Assembly: GCA_045660125.1 (NCBI GenBank)
Contig: JAZRDG010000053.1
Span: forward strand, 1-50,164
Direction: 5' to 3'
DNA: 50,164 nucleotides
Source: Eubacteriales bacterium
GTDB lineage: Bacteria; Bacillota; Clostridia; Oscillospirales; CAG-272
Under the pieces are notes generated by a model. That model was given only the letters and a program-made list of their open reading frames with translations, was not told the origin of the DNA and ran no database searches. Position numbers and translations under genes: made by a program. This document shows positions 1 to 9,479 of the stretch, piece by piece (the first letter of the stretch is position 1; every line of letters starts with the position of its first letter).

Positions 1-84
1 CTGATAGGCTTTGACAAGCAAGGTGAACGCCTCACTGTCCCCTGCCTTGGCTGCCATAAGTAGCCTTGTCATATCCTCGGACAC
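1..84 (-). CDS. sigma-70 family (ECF-like) RNA polymerase sigma factor, N-terminus only (runs off the window)
   Basis: Manual translation from GTG at 84: MSEDMTRLLMAAKAGDSEAFTLLVKAYQ, typical sigma N-terminal 'AkaGDxeAFxxLvxxY'; GAGGTG RBS upstream. Confidence 0.65.
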   Translation of the reverse strand, partial: MSEDMTRLLMAAKAGDSEAFTLLVKAYQ

Positions 85-117
85 GCGCGTTCACCTCACT
101 TTCCTATATATTATTCG

Positions 118-1140
118 TTATTGCTCCTGCTTTTGCATGGACATCAGCTCATCGTAGACGGCGCGGATATCCTCGGGGGTCTCGGCTTGCATGATGCGAT
201 CACGCGTCAGTGCCGCGTAGCGCACGTCACGCACGTACCATGCCGCATGCTTTTTGGCTTCTGCCATGCCCACGCGCATGCCCTTATGCTGCACCATTTC
301 GTGTATCTGCTCCATTGCGGTGTCAAACCGCTCGTTTATGGTGGGCAGCTCATAAGCTTGTCCGCGCAAGAGTGCGGCAGTCTGCGCAAAGATCCACGGG
401 TTTCCGAGTGCGCCGCGACCGATCATGACACCGTCGCAGCCTGTGGTCTGCATCATGCGCAAGGCGTCCTCGGGGGTATAAATGTCGCCGTTGCCCACAA
501 CCGGAATGCGCACGCTCTCTTTCACCTGTCGCACCACCTCGGGATTGACGCCCGGGGAGTACATTTGCTGGCGCGTGCGGCAATGTACGAACAAGGCACT
601 CGCGCCTGCTGCCTCGGCAACGCGCGCAAGCTCTACTGCGTTGATGTGATCTGCATCCCATCCCGCACGCATTTTAACCGTGACAGGCAGCTTGACAGCA
701 CCCACGACAGCCTCGATGATCTTGCCCGCCAAGGGGATATCCTTCATCAAGGCACTTCCCTCGCCGTTGGCAACCACCTTATTGACCGGGCAGCCCATGT
801 TGATATCAATGGCAACGGGCGGCACCTCGCTTTTACATCCCATGTAATCGCACGCCTCAATCATGCGTGCCGCCTCTGCCATCAACTCGGGCTCATGCCC
901 GAACAGCTGCACCGCCATGGGATTCTCGCGCGCGAGCACGCAAGCAAGCGGTGCGCTCTTGGAGCGCGTTGCAAACACAGTGCTCTTTTGCTCATAGCAA
1001 AGAGCCTTTGCCGACACCATTTCGCTGACTGTAAATTCCGCGCCGCGCTCACGGCAGATGCGACGAAAAGACCTGTCCGTCGCCCCCGCCATGGGTGCTA
1101 AAAACAAGCCGTTCTCTAACTTTACATTACCGATCTGCAT
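118..1140 (-). CDS. dusB: tRNA-dihydrouridine synthase B
   Basis: LAPMAG, DINMGCP, VTVKMR, GNGDI, GVMIGRGALGNPWIF motifs; start taken at MQIGNVK. Confidence 0.93.
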   Translation of the reverse strand: MQIGNVKLENGLFLAPMAGATDRSFRRICRERGAEFTVSEMVSAKALCYEQKSTVFATRSKSAPLACVLARENPMAVQLFGHEPELMAEAARMIEACDYMGCKSEVPPVAIDINMGCPVNKVVANGEGSALMKDIPLAGKIIEAVVGAVKLPVTVKMRAGWDADHINAVELARVAEAAGASALFVHCRTRQQMYSPGVNPEVVRQVKESVRIPVVGNGDIYTPEDALRMMQTTGCDGVMIGRGALGNPWIFAQTAALLRGQAYELPTINERFDTAMEQIHEMVQHKGMRVGMAEAKKHAAWYVRDVRYAALTRDRIMQAETPEDIRAVYDELMSMQKQEQ

Positions 1141-1210
1141 ACGCGTTCCGTCCTTTGTGCTATGATTAAAAATGATACCATATTTTTGGCTGTTTGTCAA
1201 GTCAAAAGAG

Positions 1211-1234
1211 CCCCGCGGCATGATTGCCGCGGGG
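1211..1234. terminator. stem-loop after the sigma/anti-sigma operon
   Basis: ccccgcggca-tgat-tgccgcgggg perfect 10-bp stem with A/T-rich flanks. Confidence 0.7.
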
Positions 1235-1245
1235 AAAGAAAAATA

Positions 1246-2325
1246 TTACTCTGCCTGTACGGTAGGCTCAGTGATGGGAATAATGAACCATGCGCCCTCG
1301 GACAAGGTTTCGCCTTCTGGGGTTTTGACTTTGACATTGACGTGACAGTCAAACGCCAAGCGTCCGTCATCTAATCTGACCAACTTATCTATTTCAGCCT
1401 TATAAGTCATTTCATAGTCTTCTTTTTCTGTTAATTGTCTATAAATGCTTTGCACTTCGTTTTCAAGTGCCGCATACGCATTTTGTATGATCTCATCGGG
1501 TATAGACTGCACATTGCTCATTTCGTTAACATGTTCCAGTTTGTACCGACATACTTCTCCTATTTGATCTACCCAAACAAATACTCTTTCATATGTTTCA
1601 ACACTATTATTTGTTCGAACAAACCAAACAATTAAGATCCCGGATATATTCTCTTCTCTCACAATTTGAAACTGCTCCGGATTGATCACTTGATTCTCCA
1701 AAAACTCATACGCGAGCTCTTGCTGTTTTTCTAAAGACACAATCTTTGTGTCATCGTATTCCTTGATGCGTAAATCAGAGAAAAAAATACATTTCCCACT
1801 ACCCGCACTAAACCACTGTTCAACAGTTCCGTCGCTATATTTATGAACGGTATCCCGATACAACGGACCATCCGAAGACTCCTTATATGTCAACTCATAC
1901 TCGGTTCCTTGCATATTGACTTTGAGGTTTTGGATCACAGATTTGTCCTGATAATCGTAGTCGTTCCAAGAAAAATTATTCTTGTGATCGGTCGGCAATC
2001 CAGATGCCTCCGAGGAACCGTACTGCCACACACTCAGACTTTCCACAAAAGCACCGTCAACGATCACCGGGTCTTGCGTAGTTGTTTCTTCTTGTTTTTC
2101 GGACGTGCTTTCTTGATTAGTACCTATCGGCGGCACATCCGGACCTTCGCGCATGGAAATCAAGATCATAACAGTCAGCACGCCTACAAGCAAGCAAGCA
2201 GCGGCTGCGATGATCAGCATTTTGCGCCATGCGGGGCTGCGGCGGGGAGCGGGTACTTTTTTGGCGTTTACGATCAAATCGCCGTCAATTTCGCCCATCA
2301 AATTCAAAAATTCGTTTGCTTTCAT
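1246..2325 (-). CDS. putative membrane-anchored anti-sigma factor
   Basis: Overlaps the stop of the ECF sigma gene; short N-terminal 'GEIDGDLI' domain, one TM helix, Ser/Thr/Glu linker, extracellular domain. Confidence 0.7.
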   Translation of the reverse strand: MKANEFLNLMGEIDGDLIVNAKKVPAPRRSPAWRKMLIIAAAACLLVGVLTVMILISMREGPDVPPIGTNQESTSEKQEETTTQDPVIVDGAFVESLSVWQYGSSEASGLPTDHKNNFSWNDYDYQDKSVIQNLKVNMQGTEYELTYKESSDGPLYRDTVHKYSDGTVEQWFSAGSGKCIFFSDLRIKEYDDTKIVSLEKQQELAYEFLENQVINPEQFQIVREENISGILIVWFVRTNNSVETYERVFVWVDQIGEVCRYKLEHVNEMSNVQSIPDEIIQNAYAALENEVQSIYRQLTEKEDYEMTYKAEIDKLVRLDDGRLAFDCHVNVKVKTPEGETLSEGAWFIIPITEPTVQAE

Positions 2326-2882
2326 ATTGCATACCCCTCCTTTTCCATTGCTTTTTTGAGCTTTTGTCTTGTACGGGAAAGGATCACGAGCACGTGGCTC
2401 TCCTTGAGCCTGTATGTTTTTGCAATCTCGGAAACGGATTCCAAGTAAAAATAACGCAGGATGAATACGTTGCGCTCACGCTCGGGCTGCGTTTGCAGAA
2501 ACTGATCCAGAAACGCCACGAACGCGCGCTGCTCTACCTCAGACAGCACGTCATTGGTCGCTGGAAAGACATCCTCGATCTCCGAGAGTGCGACGGACAC
2601 CTGTCCGCTGCCACGCTTTTGGCGCGTGCGGTCACGGTAGCGATCCAGTGCCATATTTCTCACAATTTTGGCAATATACGCCTTGAGATCCTTGGGATTT
2701 TCGGGTGGGATCAAGTTCCATAGCTTGAGCAGCGCATCGTTCAGACATTCCTGTGCGTCCTGTACGTTATCCAGAATGTTGTGCGCAATGCTCATCACAT
2801 ACTCGCCGTATTTTTGCTGCGTTTTTGCAAGGGCGATTTCGTCCCTTGCAAAATACATGGTAATGATTTGTCGGTCATCCAT
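2322..2882 (-). CDS. ECF RNA polymerase sigma factor
   Basis: MDDRQII, DAQECLND, RNMALDRYR (region 2), FILRYFYLESVSEIA (region 4). Confidence 0.92.
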   Translation of the reverse strand: MDDRQIITMYFARDEIALAKTQQKYGEYVMSIAHNILDNVQDAQECLNDALLKLWNLIPPENPKDLKAYIAKIVRNMALDRYRDRTRQKRGSGQVSVALSEIEDVFPATNDVLSEVEQRAFVAFLDQFLQTQPERERNVFILRYFYLESVSEIAKTYRLKESHVLVILSRTRQKLKKAMEKEGYAI

Positions 2883-2906
2883 AACGCTTCCCCCTTTCTA
2901 AAATGA

Positions 2907-2948
2907 CCCTTTCACTCCTAAAGACGTCATTTTCTCATATTTCTAACA
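2907..2948 (-). promoter_or_regulatory. candidate ECF-type (autoregulatory) promoter
   Basis: Minus strand TGTTAG-N16-CGTC upstream of the sigma gene. Confidence 0.45.
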
Positions 2949-3178
2949 GCTTTTTTTCATTATAGCAAATATTTTACTAAAAAGCAAGCACTGCCTATAT
3001 TGGTTACGCGAAAAATGTCGCACGATTTTTTTGCGCGAAGTGCGTCACAAGGGGGCAAAGGCACGCAGGTGCGGTCAAAGCCGAGGGCTGTGTGCCGAAG
3101 TGCGTCGCACGAAATGCTTTGACAGTGTGCATAAGCCTTGCTATAATCAAAGCACATTCAAAAAAAGGAGGTACGTTC

Positions 3179-4033
3179 ATGAAAATCACATGGACAAAAA
3201 CAATGGCGTTTGCGCTGATCGGCTTGCTTTTGGTATCGGCAAGTGCGTGCAACAAAAACAAGGATGAAAGCCCCGACACAGGGACTGAACAGACAACCGA
3301 CATGCTGCAGGGCGGCTTTGATCAAAACCCGGGCAATCAGTACAATGACCCGAACAATCAAGGCAACCAAGGAAATCAGGGTAACCAAAACATTCAAACC
3401 CCGCCTACGGGCAACGAGCAGCAGACGCAGCCTGTCATCAACATTCCCGATCAAGGCAACCAAAACCAAAATCCCGGCAACACGGGTAATCAAGGCAACA
3501 ATGGTAACAGCACAGACAGCGCAGGTCTTACCTTTACCTCAAACGGTAACGGCACCTGCACCCTGACAAGCATTGGCACTTGCCGTGACATTTGCGTGGT
3601 CGTGCCCGCCACCAGCCCCTCGGGCGACAAGGTGACCGCCATTGGTGCGCAGGCGTTCTACAACTGCACCGCGATCACGGTGGTGCAAATTCCCGCAAGC
3701 GTGACCAACATCGGGCACTTGGCGTTTGGTGGCTGCACCAGCTTGGTTTACATCACGGTCAGCACGGGCAACTATTCCTACAAGGACATTGGCGGCGTGC
3801 TTTACACGATTGACGGCAAGACGCTTGTGCACTACCCTGCAGGCTCGGGCACGTCCTCGGTCAACATTCCCGCAAGTGTGACCAAGATCGAGGATATGGC
3901 GTTTTACGGCTGCAAGTCGCTTAAGAGCGTGCGCTACGGCGGCACGCAGGATGCTTGGTCGCGCGTGGCGGTAGGCTCGATGAACTACAGCCTCAACGCG
4001 GCATCGGTCACCTGTCAGGACTCGGGCAAATAA
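3179..4033 (+). CDS. lipoprotein with N/Q/G-rich linker and BspA-type leucine-rich repeats
   Basis: AAGGAGG RBS; lipobox SASAC; (NQG)n low complexity; repeats VTAIGAQAFYNCTAIT / VTNIGHLAFGGCTSL / VTKIEDMAFYGCKSL. Confidence 0.85.
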   Translation: MKITWTKTMAFALIGLLLVSASACNKNKDESPDTGTEQTTDMLQGGFDQNPGNQYNDPNNQGNQGNQGNQNIQTPPTGNEQQTQPVINIPDQGNQNQNPGNTGNQGNNGNSTDSAGLTFTSNGNGTCTLTSIGTCRDICVVVPATSPSGDKVTAIGAQAFYNCTAITVVQIPASVTNIGHLAFGGCTSLVYITVSTGNYSYKDIGGVLYTIDGKTLVHYPAGSGTSSVNIPASVTKIEDMAFYGCKSLKSVRYGGTQDAWSRVAVGSMNYSLNAASVTCQDSGK

Positions 4034-4036
4034 TGC

Positions 4037-4065
4037 TTGACAAAGCGAGGAGCGTGTGATATACT
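4037..4065 (+). promoter_or_regulatory. sigma-A promoter
   Basis: TTGACA-N17-TATACT with TG extension. Confidence 0.7.
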
Positions 4066-4101
4066 GAACGTATAAATCTTTGATACATAAGGAGATATCA
4101 C

Positions 4102-4458
4102 ATGTACGGAAAGAACGTTTGGATGATCCCCGACGGCTATATGAGCGACACGGTCAAGGGCGAATTTGTCAGCCACGAGGCTGTTTGCGTGCTCAATCTT
4201 TCGGGCAAGACCGCGCACATTGACCTGACCATTTATTTTGAAGATCAGGAGCCGCTGACCGGCTTGCACGCAGTTTGCGAGAACAACCGCACCAACCACA
4301 TCAGACTTGACAAGATGGTTGCCGACAACGGTCAACCCATTCCCCGTAACAAGCCCTACGCAATTTTGGTGGAGAGCGACCAGCCCATCGTGGCACAGGC
4401 GTCCAGACTGGACGTTTCCCAGCCCGAATATGCGCTGATGACGACTATTGCATATTGA
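4102..4458 (+). CDS. sensory rhodopsin transducer (ASRT) family protein
   Basis: GKxxWxIPDGY, SHEAVCVLN, IYFED, RTNHIRL, ESDQPIVAQASRLD, LMTTIAY. Confidence 0.88.
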   Translation: MYGKNVWMIPDGYMSDTVKGEFVSHEAVCVLNLSGKTAHIDLTIYFEDQEPLTGLHAVCENNRTNHIRLDKMVADNGQPIPRNKPYAILVESDQPIVAQASRLDVSQPEYALMTTIAY

Positions 4459-4467
4459 TCCAATACG

Positions 4468-4504
4468 AAAACAAGCCCCGAGCGATTGCTCGGGGCTTGT
4501 TTTG
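4468..4504. terminator. bidirectional intrinsic terminator
   Basis: aaaacaagccccgagc-gatt-gctcggggcttgtttt between convergent genes. Confidence 0.85.
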
Positions 4505-4518
4505 TTATTTCTCTAAAA

Positions 4519-5319
4519 TCATTTCTTTTCTCCCACGAACAGCAAATGATTCGTCATGCCAAGCATTTCCGGCTTTTCGCAGATGTAGAAGTGATATCGG
4601 AGATACTGTGCGTAGTCCTCGTCGCTCATTTTGTTGATCCTTGCTGCCAAAAGCTCGCTTGCTCCATCAGATGCTACCTCGTGCAATACGTTTATGCCGC
4701 CGTCTGCAAGAAGTTTTCTTGCAGCACCAACCGTATGGAACACAAACGGAAAGTCGTTGAGTTTGAATGTCTCCTTATCGTAATCGCCGTTGCTGAAATA
4801 TTCAACGTCGTATCCGAATTCGGTGAGGAAAACAAAGTCGTTGGAAATAAATGCGAAGAAGATCTTTCCGCCGTCTTTACAAACACGCTTTGCTTCGCAG
4901 ATACATTTCTGTTTGTCCGCATCATTTTGGAGATGATAGAGCGGGCCGAACAGAAGCACGATGTCAAAGGCTTTGTCCGCATAGCGAGAGAGATCAAGGG
5001 CGTTGCCTTGAACGAGATCAATCTTATCTTCGGGTGTCAGCTTCTTTTTGAAGGCGGCAATATTGGCATCTGCAAGCTCAAGAGCCGCCACTTCATAACC
5101 CTTACGGGCAAAATAAAGGCTGTATTCGCCCGCACCTGCGCCGATGTCGAGTATCTTGTTGCCCTCTTTTAAGTATTTTTCTATGTAGTGAACGGTAGTC
5201 AGAAATTCAACTCTTGCAGCTTTTGAATGATTGAGCCTTGCGTCCTCATTGAACATATCATAGGTTCTGTTTACACGTTCACTTTCGTTTTCTATTTTTG
5301 CAAGTTGTTCAAAGTCCAT
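4519..5319 (-). CDS. class I SAM-dependent methyltransferase
   Basis: ILDIGAGAGEY, FDIVLLFGPLYHL. Confidence 0.9.
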   Translation of the reverse strand: MDFEQLAKIENESERVNRTYDMFNEDARLNHSKAARVEFLTTVHYIEKYLKEGNKILDIGAGAGEYSLYFARKGYEVAALELADANIAAFKKKLTPEDKIDLVQGNALDLSRYADKAFDIVLLFGPLYHLQNDADKQKCICEAKRVCKDGGKIFFAFISNDFVFLTEFGYDVEYFSNGDYDKETFKLNDFPFVFHTVGAARKLLADGGINVLHEVASDGASELLAARINKMSDEDYAQYLRYHFYICEKPEMLGMTNHLLFVGEKK

Positions 5320-5322
5320 ACA

Positions 5323-6102
5323 CTATCCCTCAGCTTTAATAATATGTTCGCGAATCTCAGATTCATGTTCTTGACAATAGGCGTAGCTGTTACGCATAAA
5401 GTCCTCAATGCTTTGACTCTTATACATAGCATCCAATGTGTCTAAAATTGGCTTGCCATCTACTATCATATCAAAGAAATAAGGATAGACACACCCGCCG
5501 TTTTCTCTTGGAAAATACGGGTTAATGGAACTAAGACGCTTATCCTTCATTACGGATTCGACTACCATTTCGCTCAAAATCCATTTGAGTGAGGGACGCT
5601 CGTATTCGTTGTAACTGTCTCCGAACAATCTGTTCCATACATAGAACCAAACAAAATGTATGATCTCGTGTATTCCGCCACCGATAGCGCCTCTTTCGCT
5701 GTTCAAATAGAAAGTATCATAACAGCGTTCTTTTAGAAAACGCGGCTCAATAGGATTCAAACTCAAATTACACCGTATGTCGTTAAATAAGTTAGTACAA
5801 TCCACGCCAAAAGCATCGGATAAAGCTGCTGTAATCTGTGGTTTGCAAGCGATCCAATGCCGAGTATATAAAGATACCTTTTTATTGATCGTATCTTCTA
5901 ACTCAGAATATACGGCTCGCATTGTACGTTCAATATGTTTTTTTCTATCAGCAAACGGCAAACTTGTAGCGTATGCTTTATCAAGTTGCGGATAGAAATG
6001 GTATAGGGGTTCAGACCAAATGGCTGATTCAGCTTCGGTCTGAAAGTCCATAATCCGCTGAATCATATAATCAGCACCAGGATTTATAAATTTAATGTTC
6101 AT
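5323..6102 (-). CDS. hypothetical protein with HExxH (possible zinc metallopeptidase fold)
   Basis: AAGGAG RBS; IHEIIH followed by a downstream Glu (LSE). Confidence 0.6.
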   Translation of the reverse strand: MNIKFINPGADYMIQRIMDFQTEAESAIWSEPLYHFYPQLDKAYATSLPFADRKKHIERTMRAVYSELEDTINKKVSLYTRHWIACKPQITAALSDAFGVDCTNLFNDIRCNLSLNPIEPRFLKERCYDTFYLNSERGAIGGGIHEIIHFVWFYVWNRLFGDSYNEYERPSLKWILSEMVVESVMKDKRLSSINPYFPRENGGCVYPYFFDMIVDGKPILDTLDAMYKSQSIEDFMRNSYAYCQEHESEIREHIIKAEG

Positions 6103-6105
6103 GTT

Positions 6106-6194
6106 ACTCCTTATACACAAAGTACACTATCTCATCGGGCAGATTCATCATGTACCAACACCATTTTTCTGATATTCGGATGCAGCAATGATAA
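6106..6194 (-). pseudogene. possible remnant of a deleted GNAT acetyltransferase gene
   Basis: Intergenic minus strand reads IIIAASEYQKNGVGT (acetyl-CoA motif A-like) then LPDEIVYFVYKE-stop in another frame. Confidence 0.35.
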
Positions 6195-6722
6195 TCATAG
6201 CTCAATCCAAAACCTTTTCAAATCCTTGTTTTCATTCGGTTCGTGTACTGTTGATTCAAAAACACCGCCGTTTGCAAGAATGGTCTTTTCACTTCCAATG
6301 TTTCCGTCCATGCAAGTAATCAGAACTTTATCCAGTCCGATCTCACGGCAGAATGGGAGTGCCATTTTGAGCATTACTTTTGCGTATCCCTTTCGCCTTT
6401 CGCTCGGTCTTACGGAGTATCCGATATGACCGCCATATTTGGATAGATAATCATTAAACTCGTGTCGTACCTGCAAGAAGCCCAATACCTTGTTATCAGC
6501 TTTCCTCACAAGCATAAACTGTGTTGCAGGAACAAGCGAATCGGGACAGGTTTCGGGGTTTTCCTCAAGGGCGCATTTTTCAATATATTCCATTGGATCG
6601 TCCGTGCGGCGCATCGAACCGCATCCATCCATAGAGCTGCCTGCCGCAAGGTATTCTTTTTTGCATTCCATGATCTGTTTTGCATATTCTGCAGTTGGTC
6701 TTAATAAATCAAGTTCTTCCAT
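6195..6722 (-). CDS. GNAT family N-acetyltransferase
   Basis: GGHIGYSVRPSERRKGYA, NIGSEKTILANGG. Confidence 0.9.
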   Translation of the reverse strand: MEELDLLRPTAEYAKQIMECKKEYLAAGSSMDGCGSMRRTDDPMEYIEKCALEENPETCPDSLVPATQFMLVRKADNKVLGFLQVRHEFNDYLSKYGGHIGYSVRPSERRKGYAKVMLKMALPFCREIGLDKVLITCMDGNIGSEKTILANGGVFESTVHEPNENKDLKRFWIEL

Positions 6723-6725
6723 AAC

Positions 6726-7610
6726 CTATATATCCTCTCCATCAAAATCGGGGGTGTACTTCGCGGTAGCCGACTCGCGCTGTTGCATGTAGCCCACAAA
6801 GCCCAGACGCTCGGCATGCTGCATGACCGAGTCGTATTCAAAGGTGGTCACGCGGCGGTGGAGATTGGTATACGGTGCATCGGTGGCAAATTCGGGGGTG
6901 TACTGACTCATCAGGCTCAGGCGGATATCCTGCACGGGCACGGTCTCGGCAAGGCGATCCAGCACGGCGAGTGAGTCCTTGCGGCAGCCCGGCAGCACCA
7001 AATGGCGCACCAGCACGCCGCGCGTCATGATTCCCTGTTCGTCAAATTGCACCGCCCCCGCAAGCTCGTACATTTTGGTAATGGCGCGCGCTGCGACATC
7101 GGGATAATCAGCTGCGCCTGCGTATCTGTGCGCGATCTCGGGATCGGCAAACTTGAAATCGGGCATCCAAACGTCCACGTATGGGGCAAGCAGTTCTATG
7201 ATCTCGGGCTTTTCGTAGCCGCCCGTGTTATATACGATGGGGATATGCAGCTGCGGCTTGAGTGCCTTCAGCAGCGGCACGAGCTGCGCGGCAAAGTGCG
7301 TGGGGGTGACCAGATTGATATTATGCGCGCCTGCCTCTTGCAGCGCAAGCATTTTTTGCATCAGTTCCACTGCGCTGATCTCTTTACCCTGTCCGCGGTG
7401 GCTGACGCGATAATTCTGACAAAACACGCAGCCGAGGTTACAGCCCGAGAAAAACACAGTACCCGATCCCTGCGTGCCGCTGATGCAGGGCTCTTCCCAC
7501 AGGTGCAGATCGGCACGCGCGATACGAAACTCGTTGCGCTGACCGCAATAGCCTGCATGTGTATCTCGGTTTGCGCCGCAGTTACGCGGACACGCCGTAC
7601 ATTTGCTCAT
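6726..7610 (-). CDS. radical SAM protein, PflX-like
   Basis: CTACPRNC, WEEPCISG, FSGCNLGCVFCQN (CxxxCxxC), NINLVTPTH, VRHLVLP. Confidence 0.9.
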   Translation of the reverse strand: MSKCTACPRNCGANRDTHAGYCGQRNEFRIARADLHLWEEPCISGTQGSGTVFFSGCNLGCVFCQNYRVSHRGQGKEISAVELMQKMLALQEAGAHNINLVTPTHFAAQLVPLLKALKPQLHIPIVYNTGGYEKPEIIELLAPYVDVWMPDFKFADPEIAHRYAGAADYPDVAARAITKMYELAGAVQFDEQGIMTRGVLVRHLVLPGCRKDSLAVLDRLAETVPVQDIRLSLMSQYTPEFATDAPYTNLHRRVTTFEYDSVMQHAERLGFVGYMQQRESATAKYTPDFDGEDI

Positions 7611-7737
7611 ATGCTCCCCTCCTTTTTTTCACCGTTTCTTACATTATACGAAAAAAAGCGCGCGCTGTCAAGCCAAGTGTTTACAAAACCGAAGGTTTGT
7701 GATATAATGGGCGTAACGAACGCAAGGAGGCACAAGT

Positions 7738-8271
7738 ATGCAGATTGCAGAACGAATTATCATCACGCCCAATCCCGTCGAGGATCTTTACAAAGTATTT
7801 TCAAACTACGGCTACCGCGTTGCCACGGCAGAATCCTGCACGGGCGGCTTTGTGGGCGGCGTGCTGACCGCCATGCCGGGCATCTCCTCGGTGTATCTGG
7901 GCGGCTTTGTGACCTATACCAACCAAATGAAGATCGACCTTTTGGGTGTGGATCCCGCAGCGATTGAGCAGTATACCGAGGTATCCGCACGCGTTGCCGA
8001 GCAGATGGCGCAAGGGGCGCGCGAGCGCACGGGTGCGGACGTTGCCGTGTCGCTGACAGGCATCGCAGGTCCCGGTGGCGGCAGCGAACAAACGCCCGTG
8101 GGCACGGTTTATATCGGCATCAGCTCCAAGGCGCACACCTATGCGGTGCGTTACTGCATGCCCTCTTATCTCCCAAGACACGAGATTCGCAGTCGTGCCG
8201 TACTGCTTGCTATCACGCTTGCGACACAAGAAGCGAAAAATTATCACACTTTCTGCGAAGAATTGAGATAA
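7738..8271 (+). CDS. cinA: CinA C-terminal / nicotinamide mononucleotide deamidase (PncC-like)
   Basis: ATAESCTGG, TGIAGPGGG, PVGTVYIG; upstream TTTACA-N17-TATAAT promoter. Confidence 0.88.
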   Translation: MQIAERIIITPNPVEDLYKVFSNYGYRVATAESCTGGFVGGVLTAMPGISSVYLGGFVTYTNQMKIDLLGVDPAAIEQYTEVSARVAEQMAQGARERTGADVAVSLTGIAGPGGGSEQTPVGTVYIGISSKAHTYAVRYCMPSYLPRHEIRSRAVLLAITLATQEAKNYHTFCEELR

Positions 8272-8356
8272 AACCCTTGATTTTTTTCATATCCTGTTGT
8301 AGAATATATAATTGAGATAATTTTTGTCCCATGATGGGAAAAGAAAGGCAATTTAC

Positions 8357-9433
8357 ATGGCAAAGTTCAAGAAAATTGGCGTACTCACCTCCGGTGGTGA
8401 CGCGCCCGGTATGAATGCGGCTGTCAGAGCCGTAACAAGAAAGGCTCTTGCTGAGGGCATTGAGGTTATTGGTATCAACGGCGGTTATGCAGGTCTGCTC
8501 AACGGCGATCTGACCCCCCTGACCTCCCACGCAGTTTCCAACATCGTAACGCGCGGCGGTACGATTCTGTACTCCTCTCGCTGCCCCGAGTTCAAGACTC
8601 CCGAGGGTATGGCAAAGGCTCTGCAAACCTGTAAGGATAACGATATTGACGCGATCGTGGCAATCGGCGGCGACGGTACCTACCGCGGTGCGACCGACCT
8701 GACCAACCACGGTATTCCCTCGATCGGCATTCCCGCAACCATTGACAACGACATTACCGCAACCGACCTGACCATCGGTTACGATACTGCTGTCAATACC
8801 CTGCTCTCCATGATCGACTACCTGCGCGACACCTGCGAATCCCACGCAAGATGCAACGTTGTTGAGGTAATGGGCAGAGATTGCGGCTTGGTTGCACTTT
8901 ACGCAGGCATTTGCACGGGTGCGGTTTCGATCGCGATTCCCGAAGTGCCCTTTAACGAAGAGGCTGCTATCAAGAAGATCGCAAACGTACGCGACATGGG
9001 CAAGAGAGGCATTATCGTAGTCTTCTCCGAGGGTATGCCCCAGGTAAACGGCAGAAAGTACAGCGAATACTTTGCCGAGAAGGTTGAGGCGCAGACCGGT
9101 ATTGAAACCAAGTTTGCTCGCGTTGGTCACATCATTCGCGGTGGTGGTCCTACCCTGCGTGACCGTATGACCGCAACCCAGATGGGTGTTGAGGCTGTCA
9201 ATCTCTTGCTGCAGGGCAAGAGCAACCGCGTTATGTGCGTGCTGGAAAACAAGATCACCAACGAGGACATCAACTTCGCGCTGGTGCTTGACCGCATGAA
9301 CAAGGGCAAGCTCAAGGATGGCGATCTGGACAGATTCAGCGCCGATGAGATTGCTTCTATGCGTGCGCGCTGCGCATACAGACAGGCAAAGATCGAAAAG
9401 CTTTACAAGATGGCTTACGAGATTTGCAACTAA
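8357..9433 (+). CDS. pfkA: ATP-dependent 6-phosphofructokinase
   Basis: LTSGGDAPGMNAA, GGDGT, TIDND, VEVMGR. Confidence 0.95.
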   Translation: MAKFKKIGVLTSGGDAPGMNAAVRAVTRKALAEGIEVIGINGGYAGLLNGDLTPLTSHAVSNIVTRGGTILYSSRCPEFKTPEGMAKALQTCKDNDIDAIVAIGGDGTYRGATDLTNHGIPSIGIPATIDNDITATDLTIGYDTAVNTLLSMIDYLRDTCESHARCNVVEVMGRDCGLVALYAGICTGAVSIAIPEVPFNEEAAIKKIANVRDMGKRGIIVVFSEGMPQVNGRKYSEYFAEKVEAQTGIETKFARVGHIIRGGGPTLRDRMTATQMGVEAVNLLLQGKSNRVMCVLENKITNEDINFALVLDRMNKGKLKDGDLDRFSADEIASMRARCAYRQAKIEKLYKMAYEICN

Positions 9434-9445
9434 TCGAAAAAAATC

Positions 9446-9476
9446 GGGACTCCGCTTTGGCGGAGTCCCTTTTTTT
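9446..9476 (+). terminator. intrinsic terminator
   Basis: gggactccg-loop-cggagtccc followed by a T run. Confidence 0.85.
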
Positions 9477-9479
9477 GCG

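Noticed and set aside
3300-3520. Repetitive aaccaaggc-like DNA
   Set aside because: Explained by the Asn/Gln/Gly linker of the LRR lipoprotein
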